Positions 47,755 to 60,450 of a stretch of 64,000 nt of DNA are shown here, piece by piece (within the stretch, counting starts at the first letter, position 1; each line of letters begins with the position of its first letter). The stretch is from Callorhinchus milii. Taxonomy: Eukaryota. Position numbers and translations under genes: made by a program. The stretch is taken from NCBI RefSeq assembly GCF_018977255.1, contig NW_024705104.1, positions 1-64,000 of the forward strand, written 5' to 3'. The notes under the pieces were generated by a model, which saw only the letters and a list, made by a program, of their open reading frames with translations, searched no databases and was not told where the DNA came from.

Positions 47755-48653
47755 GCAAGTAGTTTAACCAGTTTATTTTCCACAGAAATAAGGAGTACCG
47801 TTTTCAGACTGACTCAGTCGGTAACACTCTCCCATGTGAATCAGAGCGTTGTGTGGTTTAGTCCCATGTCAAGACATTAACCTCACACTGAAGACTGACA
47901 CTCGACATCAAAAGCAAACTACTTTAGTGTCGCGCCTCTCACACAGGGCAGTGTCACAGACGTTACACACAGTGGTGGAAGATAGCACTCCTCACACAGG
48001 GCAGTATCTTAGGCCGTACGCAAAGTGCTGGAGTTTAACGCCTCTCACACAGTGTATCATCTCAGACCTTACACACAGCGCGGGAGGGTGAGCTCCATGG
48101 TTACAGGTGCCTTCGTGAGAAAGGGAAGTGAATAAGAAAATACAAGATTTTCTGTTGGGTTGTTGAAAACTGTTACAGTAACAATAATAATAGTCCTTCC
48201 ACTTGATGCAACGCTTTATCAATTATTCGAGTCGGATCGAAAACAGAGGCAAATGTATCGTGGTGTCGTGGACAAAAATCTTCCATATAAAATTGGTCAC
48301 TCGCTTAATTGCTGTATGTGCGCTGTTCAGCTGCCGCTTTTGAATAAAATTCGCTCTGTTTGTTCTTATTGCCCTTTTCTCTCTGTTTTCTTTATCTCTC
48401 TCTCTCTCTGCCCGTGTGTCTCACCACGCCGACCCTCTCTCTATCTATATTTCTCTCTCTCTTTCTGTATCCCTGGACCGGAAGGTGATGCACAGCGGAT
48501 AACGTTTGGCTCCATCTGCCTTCAAATCTCAAAAATTGGGGTTTGAATTTTGAAGGCGACAGTTGCCTCAGTCCACAGCGTTCAGTTCATCAACACTCTG
48601 TGATCTCTTCCAATGTTCATTATGACTGATCGTCTCTTTCTCACTCTCTGTAG

Positions 48654-49570
48654 CGAACATATTGGCGATTGTGATCCTGTGTCGAGGGCGGTGCGGTCTC
48701 TCCAAATGCATCTCTCGCTATCTGGTGGCCATGACAGTGGCCGATCTGATGTCGGTTATCATAGCAGTGATTTTCCAACGCATTGTTTACCGTAACTTCC
48801 TAAATTCATTCGTCACCATCACTCATATTTGCCGGTTGATTCGTTTCCTGGATTGTACAACAAGGGCAATGTCTGTGTGGTTAACAGTAGCTTTCACCTT
48901 TGATCGACATGTCGCCGTCTGTTGCCCAAAACTTAAAACAAAATATTGCACCGAAAGAACAGCTCTGAGAGTGATAGCGGTATTGGCTCTGATATTCTTT
49001 GTGGAAAACATTCCCTGGTATTTTGCATATGTACCACAGTACATAGTTAACGACACACCAAGGGATTGCCAACATAAACCCAGCTATTACACTTCCCTCC
49101 CATGGATAGTGTTTGACTGGCTCCACGTTATATTAACCCCGTTTCTCCCATTCGTTCTGATTTTGCTGCTCAACGCCCTGACTGTCAGCCAAATACTGGA
49201 GTCCAACCGAGCCCGCAGGAGATTGCGAGGACACAGTGATGGGGACAGGAATAGAGGAGCGAGTGACAGTGATCCAGAGATGAGGAAGAGAAAGAAATCC
49301 ATCATTTTACTCTTTGCTGTTTCTGCAAATTTTATATTATTTTGGATAACATTTGTTTTATTTTTCTTATACTGGAGGTTTTCAAAAAAATATTACTACA
49401 CAGGGTATAATGACCCTTCGTTTATCATCTGGCGTGTTGCCTTCATGCTGGTGTATTTGAGTTGCTGTACAAACACGTGTATTTACGCGGTTACTCAGAC
49501 TAAATTCAGAGCGGAAATTAGGAAAGCGGTGACATTTCCTTTTATTCTGGCTGTCAGATTATTTCATTGA
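48654..49570 (+). CDS. GPR139/142-like GPCR, gene D, exon 2 (intact; 328 aa with exon 1)
   Basis: Acceptor CTCTGTAG. ANILAIVILCRGRCGLSKC...FDRHVAVCC...LSCCTNTCIYAVTQTKFRAE to TGA. Confidence 0.93.
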
Positions 49571-49579
49571 CAAACTTCG

Positions 49580-49850
49580 CCAGTGGTTTGTGTGTCTGTG
49601 TGACTGAACCGACACAGTGATAGGATTCGTAATGTATCTGTGTGTTAGTGTCTCTGCTGCAGTGTCTCTGTTTGTGTGTCTGTATGTGTGAGGGTGTGTG
49701 AGCAGATGTGTGTTTCTGTCTGTGTATGGATGTGGGTTTGTGCGAGTGCGTATATTTTGGTTTGTTTCTGTGGGTCTGCCTGTGTTGTGTGTGTGAGTGT
49801 GTGTGGTGTCTGTACCCGTATGGGTGTGTTTGTGTGTGTGAGTAATTGTT
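49580..49850. repeat. GT-rich low-complexity tract
   Basis: Degenerate (GT)n. Confidence 0.8.
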
Positions 49851-50039
49851 GTAGGCTATCGCTTTAAGAAATCAAAGACAATTCAGTAAGAGCTCATGAG
49901 TCGAAGACAAAAAGTAGAAAAGAATACAAGGAATGGGATAAACTGATGAGTTTGCTCGTGGATTCAATGCTTTGCGTTGACAATAAATAAATGTATTAAC
50001 AACAGTCGCTTTGCATTGAGTGCGATTTACTTGGGGCAA

Positions 50040-50245
50040 AGCATGACCTGGTGTTTGTTATTTGCACAGCATACTATCAGAGTATCGGTATGAAACAAGC
50101 CATCAGACTTCCATCCAAAGACTGCATTTCATCTGTTTGATCTTACGACACTCCCGACACTCACATTCCTTCTGGTTTTGCTGCTCAAGTCTCTGACTGT
50201 CACCCACATTACTGTGACCAGTCGAGTCCGCAGCCGTAGTAGCAC
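50040..50245 (+). pseudogene. Relic GPCR fragment (ECL2-TM5-ICL3)
   Basis: ...AFHLFDLTTLPTLTFLLVLLLKSLTVTHITVTSRVRSR aligns by eye with ILTPFLPFVLILLLNALTV.HIL.ASR.RRRL; in-frame stop upstream. Confidence 0.65.
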
Positions 50246-50639
50246 TATATTGTGGGGTCGCTGCAATGTGGATACGAATTGATGTGCATTGACGGTGTGT
50301 GCAAATGGCTGCGGCGTTTCACTCACAAAGTAGATTCAAATCGCTCTACAATATGTTATCTTAAGCGTTTTGAGACGTGTTGAAAACGTAATATGGCGGT
50401 ATCAGACGCAATGTTTGTTACTTTTAAAATTGCTATCGCTTTCCCTTTTAAACACAGAGACATTGGGCCTTTCCGCACACAGTTCTTCACACTTTCCGCC
50501 CCACATTAAACAATGGTTTGTACGCTTTCCTGATAGATAATCCAATGATTCTTCATCAACACCACTGTTCTCTTACATCGGCAGCATTTAAACTGTTCAG
50601 TCTGAAGGCACTCTCGAAACCATCATTCTTTCGGATTTC

Positions 50640-51750
50640 ACCAGGTGTCTCCGTACAGAGAGACCAATCATTTTGTACATCGACAAAGCATATTATACTA
50701 AAACCAGTCTCATGTTCATAGCCCAGCCAGTTATGCATGGAACAAGACATCTATTAATAGACCAGGCCTCTTATACACACAGCAAACTGCTGTACAGAGA
50801 ATCAGTTGTGATACAGAGTCAAAGCTGTTATACAGAGACCTGCCCGTTATAACCTGCCCGTTATACAGAAATCAGGCAATTACATACAGACAATGCCAGT
50901 TATGGAGATCAGAGCTGTTGTGCAGTGACCGGAGCTGTTGGACAGATATCCGGCCAGTTGTACTGTGACCAGGTATTGTGTACAGTGACCAGACCTGTTG
51001 TACAGTGAGCACAGCTTTTGTGAACAGTCCTTTTGTAAAGAATCCATGCCAGTTACACAGAGATTAGAACTGTTTTAAGTGACCAGAGGTGTTGAATAAA
51101 GAATTGCGCTATTACGCTGACATTAGACTATCTATACAATGACCGGGTCTATTTCACGAGAGCAGACCAGTTATGCAGAGACCAGGGATCTTGTGTTGAT
51201 AACTGTTTTTATCCAGATATCAGGCTAGTTATAACGTGACCAGGCCTCTTATACAAGACCAGGCTGTTATGTCGAGACCAAGCCTGTTACACATATAGAC
51301 CAGGCCTGTTACACAGATACCAGACCAAATATACATGGACGAGGCCATCGATACAGAGACCTGTAGCTTAATGGTCAGAGCACTCGCTTTGCAAGTGAGA
51401 GACCTGAGTTTAATTCCAGGCAGGTCAGGGCGAAACCTTACTCCACACAGAACCTAGTATTAATCCCTCCAAAACCAAAAACAATAATAAATTGGTCATT
51501 TTTAATGTACGACTGTTTGTGGGACATTGCTCTGCGCAATTGTCTCCCGCGTTCGCCCACAAATATAGAGTCAATTCACTTTAAAGTGTGTTCTGTGAAG
51601 CGCTTTGGGACGTCCTCCCGACGTGAAAAGCGCTATATCAAATGCCAGGAGAATTATTAATAATATTGTGGAGACCATGACTTGCTGTAAAGAGACCGGG
51701 CCGTCAAACTGAGATCTGATCTGTTATACAAAGTCCAGTCGTGCTATAGA
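50640..51750. repeat. Heavily decayed relative of the 20-bp satellite, surrounding a SINE
   Basis: Recurrent (G)TTATACAGAGACC / TACAGTGACCAG variants. GTTATACAGAAATCAGGC (50860-50877) equals the reverse complement of 3509-3526. Confidence 0.7.
51358..51660 (+). mobile_element. Ala-headed SINE at the equivalent satellite junction
   Basis: ATACAGAGACCTGTAGCTTAATGG... parallels the junction at 39015-39035; very similar body and tail. Confidence 0.88.
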
Positions 51751-51944
51751 GAGACACTCTTGTTCCCCTACTATATCTGACTTCGTAACCGCAAAGAAGA
51801 ATGTCTTCTGCCTCTGCTCGGCGGACACCGGTCCGCTTTAGGTCCCGCGCAATTCACGCCCCACTGCGGGCATTCAGCATTCCTGCCCCAGACTCTGGAA
51901 CTTCATCCCGCATGGCCTGTGCCTCATCTGCTTCAATTCAGGTC

Positions 51945-53610
51945 TTAAGGCCATCGTCGTCAACCATGCCTTCAATTTGAAATGCCCTCATTGCCTCACA
52001 CGGCGCTTCCTCCGCCACCTCCTTCAAGCCAACTGACCCAACCATACCATTCCGCAACAAACGCCGACAGCTTCATATCCCACCCGCCTCCCCCGCCACA
52101 CCCCCAAAACCCCACCCACCACCAATATGCACAAATGTGCGAGATTTCAGTCATTATGCACCTCGACTTCCCGAAAACCATCTAAGAGATACTACGTCTT
52201 TCAAAGAGCTTCAAATTAACCTATATGATGGCGCTTTTCGTCATCCTCCCCTCCATCCAACCCGCACATCAACCCTCCCAACTATCCACCGCCGACTTTG
52301 CTCGCTTGTCCATCGAGGAAACTAATTATGTGCTCACGAAACTTTAGAAAAAATGAATTATATTTAACCACTGCTGTGAACTATGCTGGAATATCAATAT
52401 AGCGTTCAAATAATCTGTGTGTCGAGAGCTGAATTAATTATAAACATTGCAGAGAGTGGCGGAGGAATTCCTTCTTTGTTAACATTGCAGTGAGTGTCCA
52501 TTTGGCTGAAACCCACCAATGGATGTTGTCTTCCAGTGAGAGTTAAAGTTTTTNCTCTGAGGTTATTTTTTCCGGACGGCAATTGCTTATGTTGACCATT
52601 TATAATATTGTTGATATATAAACTTCTCAGCAAATGTCCACACGCATCCAAGCTTATCTCATTGGTTGCTCATGAGGCTGCAGATCAAGAGATTCTGATT
52701 GAAACCCAGGCGCCACCTTATGTTCCAATAATAGCACTTTCTGTCACCCATTTTGCTGTTTTTAAACAATCCGTTGGTTTTTTTAACGCTTCAGGTGTTT
52801 GAAACCGATAGTGATATCAAAAAAACATCTCAGTTGATTGCTCAATCATTGAGAATCCCGGTCGGTGAAGCATTGCGTCATTGAATGGACGAGCACAAAA
52901 TGTTGTCTCAGTTGATTTGTAATTTCGATTGCATATTATATTTTAAATATTCATTTGAGACACAGGAATGAAATCCAAACTCTCGGTTGAGGAAAGCGAG
53001 CAGGAGGAATGGCTGACATTTCGGTTCCAAACCTCAGTCTGTTTTCATCCTCAGAGCCACCCCCATGGACTATGTTGAATAAATGATCAGCGGTTGTAAA
53101 TCAATCGTCTGTTTAATCAGTGATATTAACGTGGTCGATCAGGATGTGGTAAGATTTTCACAAAGAGCTATTGCTTATGCAACTCATTAAAATGTTATCA
53201 CATCTGCTCGTGAATCGACTGCTCAAACGCACTTCTTGCTGGTCTCAACATATCCATCTTTCACGATGTCCAACTCCACCCAAACTCCACCCCATTACCC
53301 TAACCCACCACAACCAACGCCCTCCCATTGCCCCACATCACACCTCGGCTGCACCTGCCAACCTGAGACTCTACACTGCGTGGAGGGGGCTTTACAAGTG
53401 CAAGTTGTTGTTGCTGTTGCTCCTGCTTTCCAGGTCAGCGGCAACACATGCTTTCACACCCCAACACCTCGCTATTTCTCTGGTTTCCTCATACACACAT
53501 CTCTGCCCAACTCCTGCCCTCAGCCAACATTTTGCTTACTGCTATGTCTCTGCCGATCTGCTGCCCTCAACTAAAACTTTCCTTCCTTGTGTGTCTCTGC
53601 CCACCTCCTG
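51945..53610. repeat. Segmental duplication arm, inverted paralogue of ~62365-64000
   Basis: Collinear reverse-complement matches throughout (e.g. 52950-53200 versus 62810-63060); roughly 80-90% identity by eye. Confidence 0.88.
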
Positions 53611-54119
53611 CATGGAAATATTATGAAACAATCCATAATGCTCCCTGTTATTATAGTTGTTCCACTGTTTATAGGAATGTTTCCAAATTCATAATAACTG
53701 TCAATTGTGATAATCTGTGGAAGAGGCGAGGTGGAGACTCGGGCAATGCAAAGTTGACCTCACTGAAAGCTTCCCTTCACATAATTACAAGTAAAAGTTA
53801 CTTTGGATCAATACATCAGATGGGACACGTTGAGGGGAAATCTTCTGCACAAATTATTAACAATTCGTGCTCTGAATCATTTTTATTGTTTATTTCTGAA
53901 GTAACTCATCAGCATCTCAAAACATAACTCGGACACGATTCGGGAACGTAAAGCTGGGGTTGAGTAGAGATAAACTCTATTTACTATTCAAAACATGAAA
54001 GAAATATAAAAGTGTAAATGTTTTCAATATATTTTTACCTATTTTGTTTCACAGTGAGAAACACAGCTGCCGTATGGCGTTGCTTTTCTTTGGTAAAACC
54101 TTGAATTGAGTGGAAGAGC

Positions 54120-54420
54120 GGGTGGTCACTATGCAATGACAGGATCCGGGGGTCACTATGTGACAGGAGCCGGGGGTCACGATGTGACAGGAGCCGGGGG
54201 TCACTATGTGGCAGGAGCCGTGGGTTACTATGTGACAGGGGCCGGAGGTCACTATGTGACAGGAGCCGGGGGTCACTATCTGATAGTAATCGGGGGTCAC
54301 TAGGTGACAGGAGCCGGGGTTCACTATGTGACAGGAGCCGGAGGTTACTATATGACAGGAGCCGGGGGTCACTATATGACAGGAGCCGGGGGTCACCATG
54401 CGACAGGAGCCGAGGCTCAC
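54120..54420. repeat. 24-bp minisatellite (GGAGCCGGGGGTCACTATGTGACA)n
   Basis: About 12 units. Confidence 0.93.
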
Positions 54421-54589
54421 TATGTGCAGTGACAGGATATGTAAAGGCACATTACTGTTAATGGAAGGAGAGGTTTAGAGGGATTGGAGGGATGGAGGGA
54501 GCAATGTAGGCAGAGAGGTGTGAGAGTAGGAGGGAGATAGAAATGTAGTAAGGGAACGAGTGAGAGAGAGGGTGATAGGGGTTGGGGAC

Positions 54590-55080
54590 AACAACAACAA
54601 CAGCAAATTAGATTTGTAGAGAGCCCTCCACGCTGGACAGGGGTCTCAGAGCGCTTTACAGTTTCGTATCCCGGAAACGGGCCAGTGGGGAGGGGGGAGA
54701 GGTGACCAGAGGCACGGTCAAAAAGTGAGGTCATCAGTAGAGACCTGAAAATGTGAGGGGAGGGGGCGAGACGTAGATCGTGAGGAAGGCAGTTGCAGAG
54801 TCTCGGGGCATCGTGGCTGAAGGCACAACCGCGGATGGTGGAGCGGAAGACTCGGGGGACGAGGATGAGGCGGGACCAGGAGTTGCTGTTTTGAGGAGTG
54901 AGGAGGTCAGAGAGGTCGGGGGCTGCAGGGGAGTGCAGTGACTTCCATTCGAGGATGAGGATCTTGGAGTGGATCGTCTCTGGAATAGGCAGCCAGTGCA
55001 GTCTGGCCAGGACTGGGGGGGTCGGGGAGGGGAGTTTCTGCTGGACATAGTGAGGGAGGCTGTGTGCGACAGCGAAGAAG
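54590..55080 (-). mobile_element. L2 3' fragment (related subfamily)
   Basis: [19 protein letters not shown]...APRLCNCLPHDLRLAPS...SLFDRA, tail and (TTG)n. Confidence 0.85.
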
Positions 55081-55224
55081 TTCGTTAGGGGTTTTGGTGG
55101 GGGAGTGTCCGGCAAATGTTGTTTACTAATGATTAATAGCATAATAATATGCATTAATCGACAGTGTGTAGAAAGCTCATATCGCAGTAGATGATCAAGT
55201 ATGGGGCAGCGGCGGTGTGACACA

Positions 55225-55465
55225 CTGTAAAGTGAATTGACTGTATATTTGTGGGCGAAAGCGGCAGCCAATTGCGCACAGCAATGTCCCACAAAGAGTC
55301 GTAGATTGAAAATGACCAATTTATTATTGTTTGGGGTTATGGAGGGATTATTATTAGTCTCTGTGTGGAATAAGGAAACTTGCCCAAGGTTTCCCGCTGC
55401 CTGGAATTAAACTCAGATCTCTCACTTGCATAGCGAATGCTTTAACCACTGGGCTACAGGACTCC
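55225..55465 (-). mobile_element. Ala-headed SINE lacking its 3' tail
   Basis: GGAGTCCTGTAGCCCAGTGGTTAAAGC head and Deu core on the minus strand. Confidence 0.85.
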
Positions 55466-56874
55466 ATTAGAACAAAGTTGGATCATTGCTCAGGTATTTT
55501 TGTTATAGTTAACTGCTTTTTTGGGGTGACGTTTTCCTATTTAGAAGTATTTATCGATTGTATTTTTTTTTGATAAACTTTGCTGCGCTTAGAACAACAA
55601 CAATATGACCTTTGTTTCGCTCCTTTCGGAAGACCTATTTGACAGTAAAATCTTGATAAAAGGCTTTAAAGATACGTTGATCGTGTTGTCGGGCGCCGTA
55701 TCAGACGCGAGAATTAACAACAATATTTATTATTATAGTAAAATGCAGTCTTATATCACAACAGTAAAAATAGCCAGTCCAGATGTTCACTTCATTGCTG
55801 TAATGTGCGTTGACGTTTTGTCCTCTCGGCCTCACAGTAATGTGGTTCAGCGCTCGAACGGTTTTGTCCGACACAGAGTGCGATGGAAGGAGAATAGTTC
55901 AAACCAACAGCCACTCGCGAGGCCCTGACCAGGAAAACATTTTCATTGGCCTTTTTTTTGTGTTCATGCGGTAAGAAAAATGCCCTATAAGGAGATGGAT
56001 ATGAGTAAAGAAAATTTGTCTCACACACCGTGACCACAGGTTCGTTTACAGCTATTGCAGCTGCAAAGCACCGAATACACAGGATGTTGCTCTTTTCGCT
56101 CTCTCCCTCTCTCTCACCGCACACCGCAAACCCCACTAACCCTCCAATCCCCGCACACCCCACAACCTCCCGCCCCCCACCCCCACCCGCCATGTGTGCT
56201 TTGCAAACTCCTTCAAGTGATTTACTGTAAACCCAACTACCAGCTGCTGATCCCTGACTGTCCTCCTGACGCGGAAGACGCTGTAATAATGTTATTGTAG
56301 TTATGACCGTGGAGCTCTGCCACTTGGAGCACTCCAGTGAATGAAGTGAATTGGATTCCCAGCAGGACGGGACTTTAGCGAGTTTCGCTCTCGACACCCC
56401 TGTTTACGTAAAGAGAAACCTGGTTGTTTGTTTGGTCATTGGTGGATCACTTTCCAGGGGTAATAATTTCTTCCAAATTAAAGTAATAGTCAGTGCTTTT
56501 AGGATACAGCTGTGGGCAATTGGCTTCCGTACTTTGCACGTAACACGTAAAAGGCATTTCACTTTACTAAAAATCTGAACTAAATAATGGTGAGGAACAA
56601 TACTCCGTATTCTGTGAGACGTCTCGGAAACGTTATGAGCGGCTATATCAGATGCAAATATGATTCATATCGTCATTGTCAAGTGTTCTGAGGAAGTATT
56701 TCTGAAGAAAACGAGGCTATCAATTGGCCCCAACATATATGAAGTGATTGAATAATTTTGTTTGGAGGATCTTTGCCAGGTAAAAAGGCAAAGATCGTCT
56801 TTTTCTTTTCAAACGGTGCCATGAGATCTGTCCCGTCGACTTGAACAGGCGCAGATTCTCGGTTTATCTTCTTT

Positions 56875-57000
56875 TAAGATGTAGGAGCAGTACGAGGCCA
56901 TTCGGCCCCTTAGCTACACAGCCATTTATTAGGCTGATTCCCTAATCTAATTCAAATTACCCGCCCTATCCCCATATTCCTGAATCCCTCTCGCCAACAA
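56875..57000 (-). mobile_element. CR1 3' end remnant
   Basis: TAAGATGTAGGAGCAG..AGGCCATTCGGCCC pattern, i.e. antisense CR1 3' UTR. Confidence 0.6.
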
Positions 57001-57405
57001 GTCACCCCTATCAATCAAAGGTTAAACAACTGGACGATGAACCCTGAGTTACGTTGGATGCCTAATGTGCTATTGCTTATCAATATTTCTCTACCAAGAG
57101 CTACATTTCCTACTCTTAATATTTTCATATTTCTCTTCTTCTCGTCCCTATAAATTATTTTAAAAAACGCGTTTCAATATTCCCCAATGATTGTCTTTTT
57201 CTCATGAGAAAATGAGCTTTGGGATGTCCTCCAGACGTGAAAGGCGCTCTATAAATATAATTTTGCTGTTGTTTTTCTTTTGTTGATGACGAGAAGCAAT
57301 GAAAGTTGCTCAGTCCCTGGATTTTCTGCGTGCGTTACAACAACGCCTCAAATTTCTTTTGGATCTCTTTTTTTTATGTGCGAGGATTATTGCTTTCCAG
57401 TATGT

Positions 57406-57477
57406 TCCCTGATGGTCTAGTGGTTAGGATTCGGCGCTCTCACCGCCGCGGCCCGGGTTCGATTCCCGGTCAGGGAA
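57406..57477 (+). tRNA. trnE: tRNA-Glu(CUC), intact
   Basis: TCCCTGATGGTCTAGTGGTTAGGATTCGGCGCTCTCACCGCCGCGGCCCGGGTTCGATTCCCGGTCAGGGAA is the vertebrate Glu-CTC sequence with A7 (A7:U66 pair). Confidence 0.95.
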
Positions 57478-57491
57478 GCATTTCATTTCGC

Positions 57492-57496
57492 TTTTT
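57492..57496 (+). terminator. Pol III terminator (T5) of tRNA-Glu
   Basis: TTTTT 14 nt downstream of the tRNA. Confidence 0.7.
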
Positions 57497-58042
57497 CGAT
57501 TGGTACCGACATTTGCCTGTGCACAAAAAAAAGCAGATATGTCCTGCAATCGCAGCTGCGCTTCACAGCACCAATAATAATAATAATACTTGCATTTGAT
57601 ATAGCACCATATAGCGTCTTCGAGACGTCTACAATCTCTTCACACAATGTAGTTTAAAGTAAGTTGACTGTATATTTTTGGGGGAAATGATCTGTTTTAT
57701 TCAAATCAAAACAGCCGATAATCGTTTTCTTTATTAAAGACACAAATCAGGACAGTAATCACATGTAATATCCGGAATTGGTTTCAGAACAAATTAGTTC
57801 AGTTAAAATTTGATTTTTTACGGCACTTCAACTGAACTGCTCGGAATAAAATTTCTCCTGAGCAAGTGGGTGTCCGGAAGATTATGCCACTGCCTCAAAG
57901 TTATGTTGCAGCAGCAGATCGGTTGAATTAATTGAATAACGTATCTGTCTGTTGTGCGGAAAATGCACCATAATATGTCAGTCACAAGTTTTCTTACCGT
58001 ATATCAGTAATCAGAGCTTCCAGTGACTCACTCAGTAAGTCA

Positions 58043-58115
58043 GGCCGTTAGCTCAGTGGTTGGGAGCGCAGTGATAATAACGCCAAGGTCGTGGGTTCAA
58101 TCACCGTACGGGCCA
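58043..58115 (+). pseudogene. tRNA-Ile(AAU) pseudogene
   Basis: GGCCGTTAGCTCAGTGGTTGGGAGCGCAGTGATAATAACGCCAAGGTCGTGGGTTCAATCACCGTACGGGCCA; anticodon-arm and T-arm mismatches. Confidence 0.8.
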
Positions 58116-59959
58116 TAATTTTAATTGCTGCCCATTACGGTACAATAGCAGCAGAGGTAATGACAGCAATAATAATAATAATAATTAACCTGGCATTTGT
58201 CATAGCGCCTGATCACGTCTCCAAGACGTCTCAAGGCGCTTCACAGAATATACAGTAAAGTGAATTTACTGGACGTTTTGTGACCGAAAAGCAGTAGCTA
58301 GTAGTAGTAATAGCCCACAAACATTTGTGGATCAACGTGACTAATTGATTACCATTATTGCTTTTATTATTGTTATTATTGAAGGGATTATTATCCCAGA
58401 AATGCTATCCGTCAACCGACTACGAACCGTGTTCGTATTTACTAAACTTCTAACACTAATACTAGTCTTCCCTCTCGAGGTTCCTGGTTTTATTGCTTGT
58501 GTTCATTCGTACATGGGTATGTTATTACTTTCGCCACCGTGATCATTGTTATCTTTACAATGATAATCAAAACATAGGATATCTGATCAAACTTAACAAT
58601 GTAGCTAAATATATTCACTAGACAATTCGTAAAGAATTTGATATTGACGTAAAATTCAACTCGTAATACCATCAGTCAGGGAATGTGATACAATTGAACA
58701 ACTTTACAATACTGTGGTTTTCAATTATAATATAATAATCCTTGCTTTTGATACGGTTACATTAAACTACATGCAGACAGATCAAACAGGTGTAACAGAC
58801 CAGATATTAACATCAATGGGTAATTAGAATTTGCATGCAGTATGATTGCTGTAAATATCCCAAATGATTACAATATGAAAAATAAGGAGATGGAGAAAAT
58901 CTGCAAATATATCGATCTACGAGTTCATTGCGGACATTCGTGGTAATGTAAATTTTTTTTGCTGTTGTCATCGGTGCAATAGGGACTATTATACAACTAT
59001 TCAACGCGACTTGACGACATGAACGGTGATATTAACCAACTACAAAATGTCGCTGCTTTTTGGAAACTTGTACATACAGTGTTAGACAAAGCCATATCCA
59101 TTCATATGTAAAGGGACAGCGTTGTTGGTGTGGCTAACCCATTACCATGTATAATAAGTATTAAACAAACGTTGAACATTTTCATTCCACATAATAGAAT
59201 ATTTATCACGACTTTTTGGTCACCCTATTTACAGAATGCCTGAAACCCTGAATCCTCTATCTCTAGGACTTTCTTTGTGACAATGAATGGACATCAAACT
59301 TAATCGAGAGTGTGTGTCTCTGCTAACCTCCAGCTTCTACAAAATCACTTGTAATAATCATTGCATTTGGCATAGAATATTATTCAAACAGTCTATTGTG
59401 AGTTTGAATATTAATAATTGTTTCATTTGATACAGTGTTTTATCGCAACGTCGAGACTTCTAAAAACTCTTCGCTGAATACAGTGCAAAAGGTATGGATT
59501 GTGGAGTTTCTGGGAGAAAAGTCACTTGGGTCAAAACACGGTGGGATGAATGGCATCTTTCTGTGCTGTATGGTACTATTATTCTATGACAAAACGTTGT
59601 TCCTGCGACTCAAGTGAATTCCGTTGTTACTGTCTTGTTGAAGCCAATGAGATAACTTGAACGTGTAGGAGTTGGTCCCGTTTGATCTCAAGTTGTTGAA
59701 ATATTAGCGAACAGAATACAATAAAGTGAGAACAGTGACAGGATGAAACAATTTATTACGCATAGTATATTCTCCTGTTTACAATGATGATCAGTTTAGA
59801 GTTTGCCAATCACAGTGAAGCAGTGGCCAAACTTTCTATTCTTTCAACAGCAACAACTTGCGTTTCACACAAGGTAATAGAGTTGGAGGCTTAGATGTCG
59901 AGCTCCAGGAGGGACAGGTGGTGAGGACATGAGGATGGGGAAGCTTAACACACATCTAC

Positions 59960-60450
59960 AGCACTAGCCTCTTGTGGGTAGTATGGCACACACAATCAAT
60001 ACACTTGCCTCCAATGGGCAGTGCAACACATGCACAGTCTCTACACTAATCTCCCTTGGCCAGCACAAAACCCACAGTCACTGCACTAACCTGCTGGGGG
60101 CACTATCTTGTTGTGGGCAGTATGTCGCACACAGTCACTACATTGATTTCCTGTGGCCAGTTTAACACACAGTCTTTACATTGGCCTCTTCTGTGCGGTG
60201 TAACAGAAACAGATACTACATTGATCTCCTTTGGGCAGTCTAACACACAGTCACTACACTGACCTCTTGTGGGCAGTATAGCTGTATATACAGTACACTG
60301 GGCTCCTTTGGGCAGTCCAACACATATAGTCTCTAAACTAGGCACCTCTTTGCAGTTTAGCACACATAGTCACTGTACGACGCTGCTTTGGGGAGTGCAA
60401 TGCACACACAGTAACTACACCAGCCTATTACTATGGAGTCCTGTAACATA
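59960..60450. repeat. Degenerate ~39-bp minisatellite (GGGCAGT..AACACACAGTCACTACACTGA.CTC)
   Basis: About 12 diverged units sharing GGGCAG and CACAGTCACTAC. Confidence 0.75.

Noticed and set aside
53171-53927. Overlapping 112-165 aa ORFs here and at 62302-62799
   Set aside because: Built from L2 remnants, (TTG)n tails and the 45-bp minisatellite; their mutual similarity reflects the segmental duplication.
54049-54450. CHIVTPGS-repeat ORF that looks Cys/His-rich
   Set aside because: Translation of the 24-bp minisatellite; no splice or start context.
58345-59010. Hydrophobic reading frames suggesting a membrane-protein relic
   Set aside because: AT-rich with many stops, and begins in SINE-derived ATT repeats; no family motif found.
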